This document shows, piece by piece, positions 9,878-18,830 of a stretch of 64,000 bases of DNA. The notes beneath the pieces are model-generated. The model was not told the origin of the DNA. It saw only the letters and a list, made by a program, of their open reading frames with translations, and ran no database searches. Origin of the DNA: a virus (taxonomy: Duplodnaviria > Caudoviricetes); IMG/VR virus record IMGVR_UViG_2595698455_000001, positions 64,001-128,000 of that record, one strand, 5' to 3'. The first letter of the stretch is position 1; each line of letters opens with the position of its first letter. A program made the translations under genes and the position numbers.

Positions 9878-10336
9878 TTAGTGCCGACTATCACTGACCG
9901 TCCGGTACTTCACACCCTTGAACTGCTTGGCAACCTTGACAAACTCCAGGGCAGGCATGTCCACTTTGTAGACCTTGAGGCGCTGGCGATCATCCATGTT
10001 CAGGGCAGCGACATAACGGTGGGAGCCGTCTACCACATAGTTGTCAGAAGACACCCAAACCCGACCCATGGGCTTCTTATTTCGAATGTTCTTCATGATC
10101 TTCCAGACCTTCATCTTGTTGATTTCGTTCTGGGTAAGACGGAGAGATCTGATTGGAACCTGTCCAGCATCGATGGTGATGCCAAGTTCCTCCAGGTAGT
10201 CATGGAACGCCTGCTGCTTGTCATCGTCGATTTGTGGCATCGAAGAACGAGAAAGCCCGAGGTTTCCAACAGGAATCCTCAGGCCGTTGATAATGTTCAA
10301 CCAGTCTATGAAGGAAGACATGAACATGAGATTCAC
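9878..10336 (-). CDS. ParB/Srx-like nuclease-domain protein
   Basis: LRLTQNEI...VWVSSDNYVVDGSHRYVAA motif. Confidence 0.7.
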   Translation of the reverse strand: MNLMFMSSFIDWLNIINGLRIPVGNLGLSRSSMPQIDDDKQQAFHDYLEELGITIDAGQVPIRSLRLTQNEINKMKVWKIMKNIRNKKPMGRVWVSSDNYVVDGSHRYVAALNMDDRQRLKVYKVDMPALEFVKVAKQFKGVKYRTVSDSRH

Positions 10337-10349
10337 CTCGGGATATGGA

Positions 10350-10592
10350 TTATCCCTTAGTTAGCCTCCCTGTCAATCTTTCCTTCCAGGTCAATTTCCG
10401 TTCTGTGAGTCGTTCTGTACTGTGAATTTCTAACAAACAGAATGCCCGACAATTGAAAGTGTCTCTGCCCTTTTCTGTTATACGGCGAGCCTCAAGTTCT
10501 GCGGCGTCACGGTACGTTGATCCCAGTTCATGAACTTCGAAACCTTTGCTATCATGGAACCACGTATGCACCACTGCGATGAATCTTGGCAT
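10350..10592 (-). CDS. Hypothetical protein
   Basis: 80-aa ORF with GAGG SD; C-terminal LTWKERLTGRL motif common in small phage proteins. Confidence 0.6.
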   Translation of the reverse strand: MPRFIAVVHTWFHDSKGFEVHELGSTYRDAAELEARRITEKGRDTFNCRAFCLLEIHSTERLTERKLTWKERLTGRLTKG

Positions 10593-10594
10593 GA

Positions 10595-10849
10595 TTACAC
10601 CTCGTCTTCTTCAGGTCCACCATCAATAAGGATACGAGCGGTGTCGAAACCTTCCCCGCCTGTGTTCAACAACTTGGTCAGGTCGTCAAGGGTATCGACA
10701 GGACCAAGATCGGCCTTGCGCAGAACGAACTCGAGAAGGCCGTAGAGCGCTGTTTTATACCGTTCATTGTCGATATCATTTTTGACTTTCATTAAGTCAA
10801 TAATTGCATCCGTCTCCCTGAAACCTGTTTCAACTTCGCTGCGCACCAT
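10595..10849 (-). CDS. Hypothetical protein (true start probably 10883, displaced by a +1 frameshift in an A6 run)
   Basis: ATG at 10883 overlaps the upstream stop; deleting one A gives MKKDEELALFSMVRSEV in frame. Confidence 0.6.
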   Translation of the reverse strand: MVRSEVETGFRETDAIIDLMKVKNDIDNERYKTALYGLLEFVLRKADLGPVDTLDDLTKLLNTGGEGFDTARILIDGGPEEDEV

Positions 10850-10879
10850 AGAGAACAGAGCGAGTTCTTCGTCCTTTTT

Positions 10880-11254
10880 TCATAACGTACCACCGACGGA
10901 GATCATGAACTCTTCTTCCATGGTCGTGACAGGGCGGCGGTTGCGGGTTTCAATCATAAACCCCCAGCCACCGTCAGTGACGTTGCCAAAGGTCTTGACA
11001 CCAAAGGTCTTAGTCCCGTTGGAGCAGGCATAGAAGTCCAGGATGAACGGGCTACCCTGATTGTCGATCCCACGGTTTACGCCGTCTGACACGCAGCGCT
11101 CAATCATCTTCCCATTCTTATACAGAACGAGGTCTTGGCCATACGCCTTGAAAGCATAAACGCCGTTGGTAGACACTCCGGTGATTACAGGAGGAGCGGA
11201 AACAGCAGCGAAGGAAGCGCCCAGCAGGGCAACGGCGAGGATTAACTTTTTCAT
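10880..11254 (-). CDS. Secreted hypothetical protein
   Basis: Signal peptide MKKLILAVALLGASFAAVSA; two Cys. Confidence 0.7.
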   Translation of the reverse strand: MKKLILAVALLGASFAAVSAPPVITGVSTNGVYAFKAYGQDLVLYKNGKMIERCVSDGVNRGIDNQGSPFILDFYACSNGTKTFGVKTFGNVTDGGWGFMIETRNRRPVTTMEEEFMISVGGTL

Positions 11255-11266
11255 GATATAGTCTCT

Positions 11267-11722
11267 TCAGAATTGGAATGATTGTTTCATAACGTTCACC
11301 ATGTAGGATGGGTCTACTGGTGTGCGGTTATACGTGATTTTGCCCATGCCATTCAGACGCTCGACAATGCGCTCGACATTCTCTTCGACTGCGGCCTGAG
11401 TCGGTTGGTAATCGTTAAGATAGATCGCGAGTTCCTGTCGATTGTCTGGCGTCACCTGATTGCGGAGCGAAGGATAGTTGACAGTATACCCACGGGAAAG
11501 CAGTTCGGCGACAAGCTGATCATAGCGCTCGATCAGATAAATGAGCTTGTCCCGGAAGAACAGCACATGACCTTCGTTGAGTTTGTACTGCTTCGGCGCA
11601 CCCTTGAGGTTGCGGCGCTTGCCGTTCACCACATTAAGAACGACAGGCGCGAGTTCAGTGTACTCGGCAAGGAGGTGCTGGTCACAAAGAGATTCAACGG
11701 GGATGACATTAATACGGGTCAT
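11267..11722 (-). CDS. denV: Endonuclease V, pyrimidine-dimer DNA glycosylase
   Basis: MTRINVIPVESLCDQHLLAEYTEL...YKLNEGHVLFFRDKLIYLIERY closely matches T4 DenV. Confidence 0.92.
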   Translation of the reverse strand: MTRINVIPVESLCDQHLLAEYTELAPVVLNVVNGKRRNLKGAPKQYKLNEGHVLFFRDKLIYLIERYDQLVAELLSRGYTVNYPSLRNQVTPDNRQELAIYLNDYQPTQAAVEENVERIVERLNGMGKITYNRTPVDPSYMVNVMKQSFQF

Positions 11723-11782
11723 GATATAGTTCCTGCAATTTCAAATAGACGGGGTAATCATACCCCGCCCAAAGTTATAGAA

Positions 11783-12022
11783 TTAACTGATATGCTTCAG
11801 AAGAGCGAAGAGGATCGCGGCCTTGGCCTTCACCTTGCCGACGACGCCAGTCTCGACATCGACTTCTTCGGCAACCCACTCTTTGCCCTTCTTGCTGATG
11901 ATAACATCGCGGCGTGACGCATAGACTTCTTTGGTCGCATACACACGACGGAACCCTTTAGCGCGGAGCAATCCCCAATTGCGGTCGATTTCTACTGAGG
12001 TTTCTACCATTTTGTTCTTCAT
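11783..12022 (-). CDS. Hypothetical protein
   Basis: 79-aa basic ORF downstream of an early promoter. Confidence 0.6.
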   Translation of the reverse strand: MKNKMVETSVEIDRNWGLLRAKGFRRVYATKEVYASRRDVIISKKGKEWVAEEVDVETGVVGKVKAKAAILFALLKHIS

Positions 12023-12074
12023 GATATAATCTTACCTTTCAACCTGGTGAACCCCATCGTTCGCCAGTTATTGA

Positions 12075-12103
12075 ATAATAGGACATTCTTTAGAGGAAGT
12101 AAA
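12075..12103 (-). promoter_or_regulatory. Early sigma70-like promoter TTTACT-N17-TATTAT
   Basis: Direct match; lies just after a terminator-like hairpin at about 12118-12142. Confidence 0.68.
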
Positions 12104-12145
12104 CCCCTAAAAGTAAAAATCCCCAACGTTTGTTGGGGACTTCTG

Positions 12146-12469
12146 TTATTTGCGCAGGGCAACCACGTACTCCGCGAGTTCACCCATGGTCGGGTCATCG
12201 CCTTTACTACCCAGCCAGCTGTCTAAGATGTCCACCTCAAACTCTTCTTCGAGGTCCATTACGATTTCGATGGCATCCAGTTCGTCACCGCCGAGGTCTT
12301 TCTTGGTGCGAAGGCCAGCCAGCTTGTCCAGTGCGTCTTCGTTTTGAGCCGCCACGTCATCCAGCAGTTTGCGCTTGTCTTCATCACGCCACATATCCAT
12401 ATTCAGATTGTCGGTGGCGTACTGAGCCAGATGGCGCATGACCTCAACATATGTTGGTTTGCTACTCAT
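12146..12469 (-). CDS. Acyl carrier protein-like protein lacking the phosphopantetheine serine
   Basis: DLGGDELDAIEIVMDLEEEFEVDI versus E. coli AcpP [24 protein letters not shown]. Confidence 0.82.
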   Translation of the reverse strand: MSSKPTYVEVMRHLAQYATDNLNMDMWRDEDKRKLLDDVAAQNEDALDKLAGLRTKKDLGGDELDAIEIVMDLEEEFEVDILDSWLGSKGDDPTMGELAEYVVALRK

Positions 12470-12511
12470 GTTCTTGCTCCCAAAATAAGGCGGGTTGCCC
12501 CGCCTGTTGGA

Positions 12512-14716
12512 TTAGATTTTGATCTCTTTCTCTGCCAATTCAGCAGTGACCTTGTACTTCACACCATCCACTTCGACTTCCATGGTGGACTCTTCCAGGT
12601 CGAGGTCGGTGAACCAGCCGTGGCCTGCAACGATGCCATACACCACTTTGGACAATTTCTTGTTCAGAGCACGGACTTCAGTGATGGCCGCCTTGGCCGC
12701 AGCGTCGATCCAGCTTTCGATCAGCTGTTTCTGTACGGCTTCAGGCACAGCAGTAATCGCCGGGGACTTCACAAATGCATCATACTCTTTCAGCGCATTG
12801 GCGATGAACATGTCACCAGCATTCAGGTTCTTCTTGTCGGCGATCTTCTTCTGCACCGCTGCGATAGACGGCAGGGAAGACGCCCCAGCGATCTTAACGT
12901 TCAGCTCACGGCTCATGTAGACATCCGTGGAGTCCTTCAGCTCGGTCTTCGGCGAGAAGCCATAATCGCGGATGCCAACACCAGACAGATATTCTGCGGC
13001 TTCAGCGCCGTACTGAATAGCCAGGCCTTTGGCATTGCCTTTACCAACCAGCTCATCGCGATAGAACTTCAGTACCTTCTGTTTGCCTTTCAGGGCTTCC
13101 AGGCGAACGTTGTCGGTAAAGAACTCGGCAGCACTGATGTTCTTAACCATCGCACGGTTGACCAGTGGTATGCTTTCCAGGTTCAGGATAAACACTTCCG
13201 GACCACCGAACACGTGTACGCCCATCTGGCACAGGTTGGTTACGACTTCAACATCGGCGTTGAACGGCAGGGTCTTCACGTTGATGATACCATCTTTGAC
13301 GATGGTATAGTTGCGCCACTGGAAGGTTTCCAGTTCTTCAGGCAGGCCAAACTTCTTCTGGGCGAACTCAGGCACCGCCACAGTGCCGTGCTGGATTGTA
13401 CGCACACTGATGTTCGGGCGCTCAGAGTTATAGACCAGGTCGCTGATAGGGACAAAGCCGAGGTCATCTGCAGGTTCAAACGACGGTGTCCACTCTTCGT
13501 GCTCGGCCAGCTTGAGAGCCAGGGCTTTACGCTCTTCTTTGGATTGAGCATTCGCGATCTCTTCCGCCAGCTTGTCTTCGGTGTCGTCCGCTTTCTGTAC
13601 AGTACCGCGACCAATGCTCTTGTAGGAGAACATCGGGTGTTTGGTGGCAACAGACACGCCAGCTTCGGCCAGGTACGTCAGCACATCAACAACAGTGGTC
13701 GCATCTTCAGCCGGGACCATATTGTAGTCGATACCGTCCACGCCGCGCAGCTGGTCGTCAACTATGGCCTGCGTCAAATCGACTTTGATGTTGGAGTAGT
13801 CTTGCTTGGTGAAACAGTTGCTGTACTGTTTGATGAAGCGAACGTCGCCCGTTTTCTTCAGTGCAGCCCACACCAGGTCGGCGTCCATGATGTGTACGCC
13901 GTAGAATGCCAGCACGTATGCCGCCTGGATGTCAGCCAGCGCATCAAGCTGGTCGATCATGTCGGGGTTGACAACCCACAGCTTCGTGACGCTCTCAGGG
14001 ATGCTCACGTGGCCGATAGGATGTCCTTCATCGTTCTGTTGGACAGCCAGAACAGTCGCCGCGCCGTTTTCAACATAAATTGCATGATCATACAGCAACG
14101 GAACGTCAACAACCACTTTTGGCGTGGATGACTTCAGCACGTTTTCTAGCTCAGTCTGATATTCAGTCTGGCCTTCGGCAAACACGTGAGTTGCGCCGGA
14201 ACGTTCAGACATCTGAGCCAGCAGTTCGCGGTTACAATACCAGCCGTATTCGATGAATGTAACGTTGTCGAATGCGGAAGGAAGTTTTTCGGCGGTGTCC
14301 AGGATTTCATTGGAACGCCAGCAGTTGTCATAACCATCGGTCATGAACGCCAGGTTGTTGACGTAGCCGGGTTTCTTCAGATCACGTGCGGTGTCCATCG
14401 CCAGTTTCAACGGCTCAACAAAGCCAGTACAGCCGGATGGTTGCAGGAAGCGATCGATGAGTTTGTTCAGCTCGCTCAGGTCAGACGCAGCACTGATCTG
14501 ACGACCTGCGAACACAGTACCAAAATCGCCACGGGATGAGAAGTACAGGAGGCTCACGGTGTCTTCCGGTTTCACCAGAGAAGGCAGGTTCTCCTTCAGG
14601 TGCTTACGGACTTCAGGGAGCGCCCGGTACATGGAACCGGAAATGTCCACAACGATTACATGGTTGGACGGAGCAACAGTCGCAACCGCATTCTTAAACT
14701 CCAGGGATTCAATCAT
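12512..14716 (-). CDS. von Willebrand factor A domain protein
   Basis: MIDAS VDISGSM ... T ... FMTDGYDN; about 734 aa, start MIESLEF. Confidence 0.85.
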   Translation of the reverse strand: MIESLEFKNAVATVAPSNHVIVVDISGSMYRALPEVRKHLKENLPSLVKPEDTVSLLYFSSRGDFGTVFAGRQISAASDLSELNKLIDRFLQPSGCTGFVEPLKLAMDTARDLKKPGYVNNLAFMTDGYDNCWRSNEILDTAEKLPSAFDNVTFIEYGWYCNRELLAQMSERSGATHVFAEGQTEYQTELENVLKSSTPKVVVDVPLLYDHAIYVENGAATVLAVQQNDEGHPIGHVSIPESVTKLWVVNPDMIDQLDALADIQAAYVLAFYGVHIMDADLVWAALKKTGDVRFIKQYSNCFTKQDYSNIKVDLTQAIVDDQLRGVDGIDYNMVPAEDATTVVDVLTYLAEAGVSVATKHPMFSYKSIGRGTVQKADDTEDKLAEEIANAQSKEERKALALKLAEHEEWTPSFEPADDLGFVPISDLVYNSERPNISVRTIQHGTVAVPEFAQKKFGLPEELETFQWRNYTIVKDGIINVKTLPFNADVEVVTNLCQMGVHVFGGPEVFILNLESIPLVNRAMVKNISAAEFFTDNVRLEALKGKQKVLKFYRDELVGKGNAKGLAIQYGAEAAEYLSGVGIRDYGFSPKTELKDSTDVYMSRELNVKIAGASSLPSIAAVQKKIADKKNLNAGDMFIANALKEYDAFVKSPAITAVPEAVQKQLIESWIDAAAKAAITEVRALNKKLSKVVYGIVAGHGWFTDLDLEESTMEVEVDGVKYKVTAELAEKEIKI

Positions 14717-15251
14717 CGTTATTGCCTTCTTCAGGGTTGTTATCGGCCTCACCTTCCGGCTTGGTCAGCATATGTTCAACGAATTCACGATACAGCTCAA
14801 TCTGGCTCATCAGTACATCCGTTGGATTAAAGCGGCGGTCGAGGTTGTCGACGCCCGCACGGTTAATTTGGTTGGTCATGACATTACCCCATTTAATCTC
14901 ATTTAACAAGACAACGCCCTGTTGGGATTTAATGGCGACCTTCACAGCATCGAGATGTTCTTTCTCGACTGTGATGATAAGAGTTATACAGGTTTTCTGT
15001 TTGCGCCAAGCCTTGAAATGAGAGACGAAAGACACGTCTTTCTCTTTCATACCGCTCTCGGACTGTACCGGGATGAACACGACACCAGACTCGATGACGA
15101 CTTCCGCATCATCGGGCATATCATCTGTGATGTCATCAATGTACTCACCATTGACCTTGATCGCATGATCATCATGCCAGGCATCCTTCACCCAGTAAGT
15201 GTCATCATGGTAATATTCTTTGAATTCCGCGCCTTTCATCTTCACAGACAT
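14709..15251 (-). CDS. Hypothetical protein, possibly a fusion of two ORFs (internal start at 14879)
   Basis: 180-aa ORF; internal GGGGT-aatgtc-ATG start gives a separate 56-aa protein. Confidence 0.6.
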   Translation of the reverse strand: MSVKMKGAEFKEYYHDDTYWVKDAWHDDHAIKVNGEYIDDITDDMPDDAEVVIESGVVFIPVQSESGMKEKDVSFVSHFKAWRKQKTCITLIITVEKEHLDAVKVAIKSQQGVVLLNEIKWGNVMTNQINRAGVDNLDRRFNPTDVLMSQIELYREFVEHMLTKPEGEADNNPEEGNNDD

Positions 15252-15293
15252 CAGGTTTCCCTCAAAACGGGGGAGTCTCCTCCCCTTCGGTTA

Positions 15294-15626
15294 TCAAATT
15301 TGTGATGCCAGTTCCATCACCAGAGGAGCGGCACGAACACGCGCTTCTTCCAGAGTTTGGGTGTTGAAGAACTTACCATCACGGTACACCAGCTGGTGCT
15401 GGTTGTCGGCGTCTTGTACCTGATCAAAGGTGATACCGTCAACCAACACTAGTTTACCCTGAGAGTCTTTAATGACTTTAAGGAAACCACGCGCAGACTT
15501 TTTAGTCCCGCCTTTGTCGGTCTTCGGCTCTTTGAAGATCTCACGGAATTCGCCGTTCACCTTACCAGCTGTTGCTTTCACCGCCGTCCCAGTGCTGTCG
15601 CGGGTGTTCAATTTCAAACGAAACAT
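15294..15626 (-). CDS. C-terminal fragment of nicotinamide phosphoribosyltransferase (NadV/NAMPT-like)
   Basis: TRDSTGTAVKATAGKVNGEFREIFKEPKTDKGGTKKSARGFLKV...LVYRDGKF...TLEEARVR resembles the NAMPT C-terminus; only 110 aa, with its own SD and promoter-like motif. Confidence 0.75.
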   Translation of the reverse strand: MFRLKLNTRDSTGTAVKATAGKVNGEFREIFKEPKTDKGGTKKSARGFLKVIKDSQGKLVLVDGITFDQVQDADNQHQLVYRDGKFFNTQTLEEARVRAAPLVMELASQI

Positions 15627-15657
15627 AATGTAGCCTCATGGTTTAGTGTACAGCTGT

Positions 15658-15682
15658 ATTATACTGTGGTGTACAAATTGAA
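15658..15682 (-). promoter_or_regulatory. TTCAAT-N13-TATAAT promoter-like motif
   Basis: Direct match upstream of the NadV fragment. Confidence 0.62.
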
Positions 15683-15849
15683 ACGCCCAGCAAATATACT
15701 AGGCGTCATTGTTATTGAAAGTATTTTACGATTTGGTGCTATCTGACTTCCAATGCTGGCGCTTGTAGTGGGTTGCCATCTCCATCGTGCCCGCATACTT
15801 TGTTTCACCACGGATGACAACAGCCACGGCCAGCTTATGGCGGAGCAGT

Positions 15850-16674
15850 TCATCCAGACCGGACTTTGACTTCAAAGGATTTCACGGCAGTTTCCAGATC
15901 ACGACCTTCCGACAGATCTTGCAGCAACGTGCCGATGACAGTATTTCGGATGCCTAAAGAACGTGCCACATTTTCACGTGTGCCTTCATACCAGTAGAAT
16001 CGTGCTTGCAGCTCTTCGGTCATCTGCGTCACGCGAGGATACAACTTGCGTTTGAAATCAAAGAAATTTTGTACCGTATGCTTGTGCTCGTCACCGCGAT
16101 ACAGAGAATTCTGATCGGATTAGTTCCAGAACGATCTCGGCTGACTCCAGAGTTAATTCTTCAGCCGAGCACGGAAGACTTCCACAGCAGGGCGAATTTC
16201 GCCCTTCTTAGAAGCAATGTCATCGCCGCGCAGAACGAATTTGCCGCGCAGGTCGGTGTGGAAGTGATTGTATGTGCGCACATTGCCGTCTTTCATTTCG
16301 TGATTAGACTCAACGCCGACTTTCTTGGTGTCGTTGAAATACACGTCGACGATTGCGTGTTGTTTAACATACGCAGACAGCGCCGCAGCGACAACATCGT
16401 ATTCGTTGCCCAGTTGAATACCGTCCCAAATGGTGACCAATTGGTAATCAGGAGTGATGGTGACCACGCCGCCGATGTTACGGATGAATTGTTTGCAGCA
16501 GGTGCAGTCATGCTCAGTACGTTCACGGTACAGCGGGTTGGTGCCAGCCGGGAATGACGCCAGATACAGATCCCAGAGAGCATCTTTATCAGCGCTGGTC
16601 ATGAACAGGCCAGTATTAGACATTGTTTTGAGGTTATTGTTAACGGCTACTGCGAAAGGCTTAAATTCTGACAT
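15850..16674 (-). pseudogene. Frameshifted, truncated conserved phage hypothetical gene
   Basis: HDCTCCKQFIRNIG N-terminal part; reading continues in other frames as EELTLESAEIVLELI / DQNSLYRGDEHK...IRNTVIGTLLQDLSEG...SFEVKV and then stops abruptly. Confidence 0.65.
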
Positions 16675-16739
16675 GATGTAGTCTTCCTGTTTCAGTTCAA
16701 ATTAGCGCCCCGATGGAGCGCATCGTTAAAGTGAGGTCA

Positions 16740-16764
16740 ATAATACGTTGAAAGAGTTATTGAA
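16740..16764 (-). promoter_or_regulatory. TTCAAT-N13-TATTAT promoter-like motif
   Basis: Direct match. Confidence 0.6.
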
Positions 16765-16784
16765 GAACCAAGTAATGCAGATCT

Positions 16785-17570
16785 TTATTCAGAAGAACCG
16801 TATCGTTCTATCCATTTAGGACATTTCAAAGGTTCCCACCCTTTATTGAAACGTTCGATAATGCTGTTTGTCGCATTAAAAGCCTTCAAATCCTTTGTTC
16901 CGTACACATGCATGAGGGCTTCCGCTCTTTTCATCGTCTTCAAAGATTGCATAAGCAAATCAGCTTTTGACCAATACGCATCATTTTCGGGGTTCCATTT
17001 CGCTTTCTCCCAAGGCAACTTCACCAACATACCTTTCTGGGCGTTTTCTTTCTGTTTGGATCGTTGTTCCGGTGTGAAAGAATTGGTTAAGTCCTTCCCA
17101 TAATTGGGATTGAGTTCCCCGAGTTTTGATTTTCTATAACCGGACACATCGGATATGCGTTTCCTTTTCGAAAGCCACTCGGCCTTTTGTTCCTCTGACA
17201 TACCACAATAGAATGAGTTCAACGCAGAACTGATCTTAGACTTTGTCGCTTCTTCGTGTTCAGTCATAGACAAATACACAGGATTACCGTCCCTATCACA
17301 CATGAATTTGTTCATAGAGAAAGGGCTTCTGTATGTCTTGGATATCAGTAAAGATTCCAGACGCAAAACTTCCTCGGTGGTGTCCGCAACAAAGACAATC
17401 TTTATGTCGAAATAATCTTTTCCGTGCTCTTCAATAATAGACTTTACGGTATTTGAAGAGGTATAGTATTTCACCCAGAAGTCGGCTGGGTTACACGTAT
17501 TAGAAAATCGACAACCGTAATAGAATCTTCCGTCTTTGGCTCGAACCCGATACACATACGGCTGTCTCAT
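16785..17570 (-). mobile_element. Free-standing GIY-YIG (Seg-like) homing endonuclease gene
   Basis: PYVYRVRAKDGRFYYGCR...YYTSS...E...N catalytic domain; NUMOD3-like GELNPNYGK; AT-richer than flanks. Confidence 0.82.
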
Positions 17571-17571
17571 A

Positions 17572-18762
17572 CTATTTCCTTATCATATCCAGAAGACTTC
17601 TTGATTTGGTAGAGGGTGTTCCTTCCCCATCATAACCTACCTTCCCGCGTGGTTTTTTGCCTTGGTTAACAGCTTCTACGCAACGAACATATTTTTGCAA
17701 CTCACATGCCATATTCTCGATGCTCATCACATTCATACACTGATCCCAAGGCTCTTCCGCAGACCAGAATTGCTCACGAACATATCCATATTGGGAATAC
17801 ACTGCGTCCTGGTTGTCCCGCAACCAGAATATGCATTCTTCGTGAGTCATGCCGTCTTTGTTCAGGAACATCAGGTCGATCCCAGCGCGACAGCCTGGAC
17901 CAGCAATAGTGAAATGGTTTTCGCTGAATGGGTAGCCGGGAATGTAAGTAAAATCCACCCAGATCTGATAAGCCAGGAATGGACCCAGACCTTCGATTTC
18001 GTCGTACATGGCCTGATAGACTTCATCTGGGGATTCACAATCCAACAGGCGCTCAAAGTAATCTGGATACTTGGTGACAAATGCTTTCAGAGAGCGGATA
18101 ACACGCATCGGCATGTATTGTTCCCAGCCTTCGATGGTATACTCACTAGGATTCTCTTCGACCAGATTCTTGGCGACCTTGTAATCCATCTCGTCCACAA
18201 TACCCTGACCAACACGATACACTTTCACCATCATCCCGCCGAAGCGCTGCTCCTTATGGTTGACGACCAGTTCAGGGAACGCCAGACACTGCTTCAGGCC
18301 GCCTGTGTTGAAGGCATTGGTGAACACCTTGCCACCATCGGCTTCGAACTTCTGTAGACGTTCACGGGTCACATCAAGGTTGATCTTGGCGAAGTCGGAG
18401 ATCGTCATCGCGCCGCCGATAGCCTGGATCGGATCCCAGAGGTTGAACATGCGGAACAACACGCAGTTGAACATCTTGTCTGGCATGGACAGAGCATCGT
18501 TGTTGACGATGTTGTTGATCAGGTTAAGAGACTGCCTGTCGTGCTCTCTACGGACATTACAAAACTTAACTTGCCGTAATATCGGATTGTCTGTCCAAGG
18601 AGCAGGAAGACCCTGAATGTCCTTTCTCACATGAATCTGATAACGATCATGCATCCATTCATAAGACCATTCCACAATTTGCTGGTCCAGAGTGGGGGTG
18701 GCGGATTTAATCTTCGTTTCGCGGACACCACAATAAGGGATGTCACGTGGTTTATCTTTCAT
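17572..18762 (-). CDS. aGPT-Pplase1-like (5-hmdU hypermodification-associated, glycosylase-fold) protein
   Basis: PWTDNPILRQVKFCNVRREHDRQS, LFRMFN, GLGPFLAYQIWVD, IAGPGCRAGID, IENMACELQKY. Confidence 0.75.
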   Translation of the reverse strand: MKDKPRDIPYCGVRETKIKSATPTLDQQIVEWSYEWMHDRYQIHVRKDIQGLPAPWTDNPILRQVKFCNVRREHDRQSLNLINNIVNNDALSMPDKMFNCVLFRMFNLWDPIQAIGGAMTISDFAKINLDVTRERLQKFEADGGKVFTNAFNTGGLKQCLAFPELVVNHKEQRFGGMMVKVYRVGQGIVDEMDYKVAKNLVEENPSEYTIEGWEQYMPMRVIRSLKAFVTKYPDYFERLLDCESPDEVYQAMYDEIEGLGPFLAYQIWVDFTYIPGYPFSENHFTIAGPGCRAGIDLMFLNKDGMTHEECIFWLRDNQDAVYSQYGYVREQFWSAEEPWDQCMNVMSIENMACELQKYVRCVEAVNQGKKPRGKVGYDGEGTPSTKSRSLLDMIRK

Positions 18763-18793
18763 GGTATCCTCACAGAATACGAAAACAGAGGCC

Positions 18794-18818
18794 ATTATAG
18801 CCTCTGCTGTTTAGTGAA
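18794..18818 (-). promoter_or_regulatory. TTCACT-N13-TATAAT promoter-like motif
   Basis: Direct match upstream of the aGPT-Pplase1-like gene. Confidence 0.6.
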
Positions 18819-18830
18819 TAACCGGATTTC

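Noticed and set aside
12344-14131. 595-aa plus-strand ORF
   Set aside because: Antisense shadow of the vWA gene produced by codon bias; no motifs or RBS
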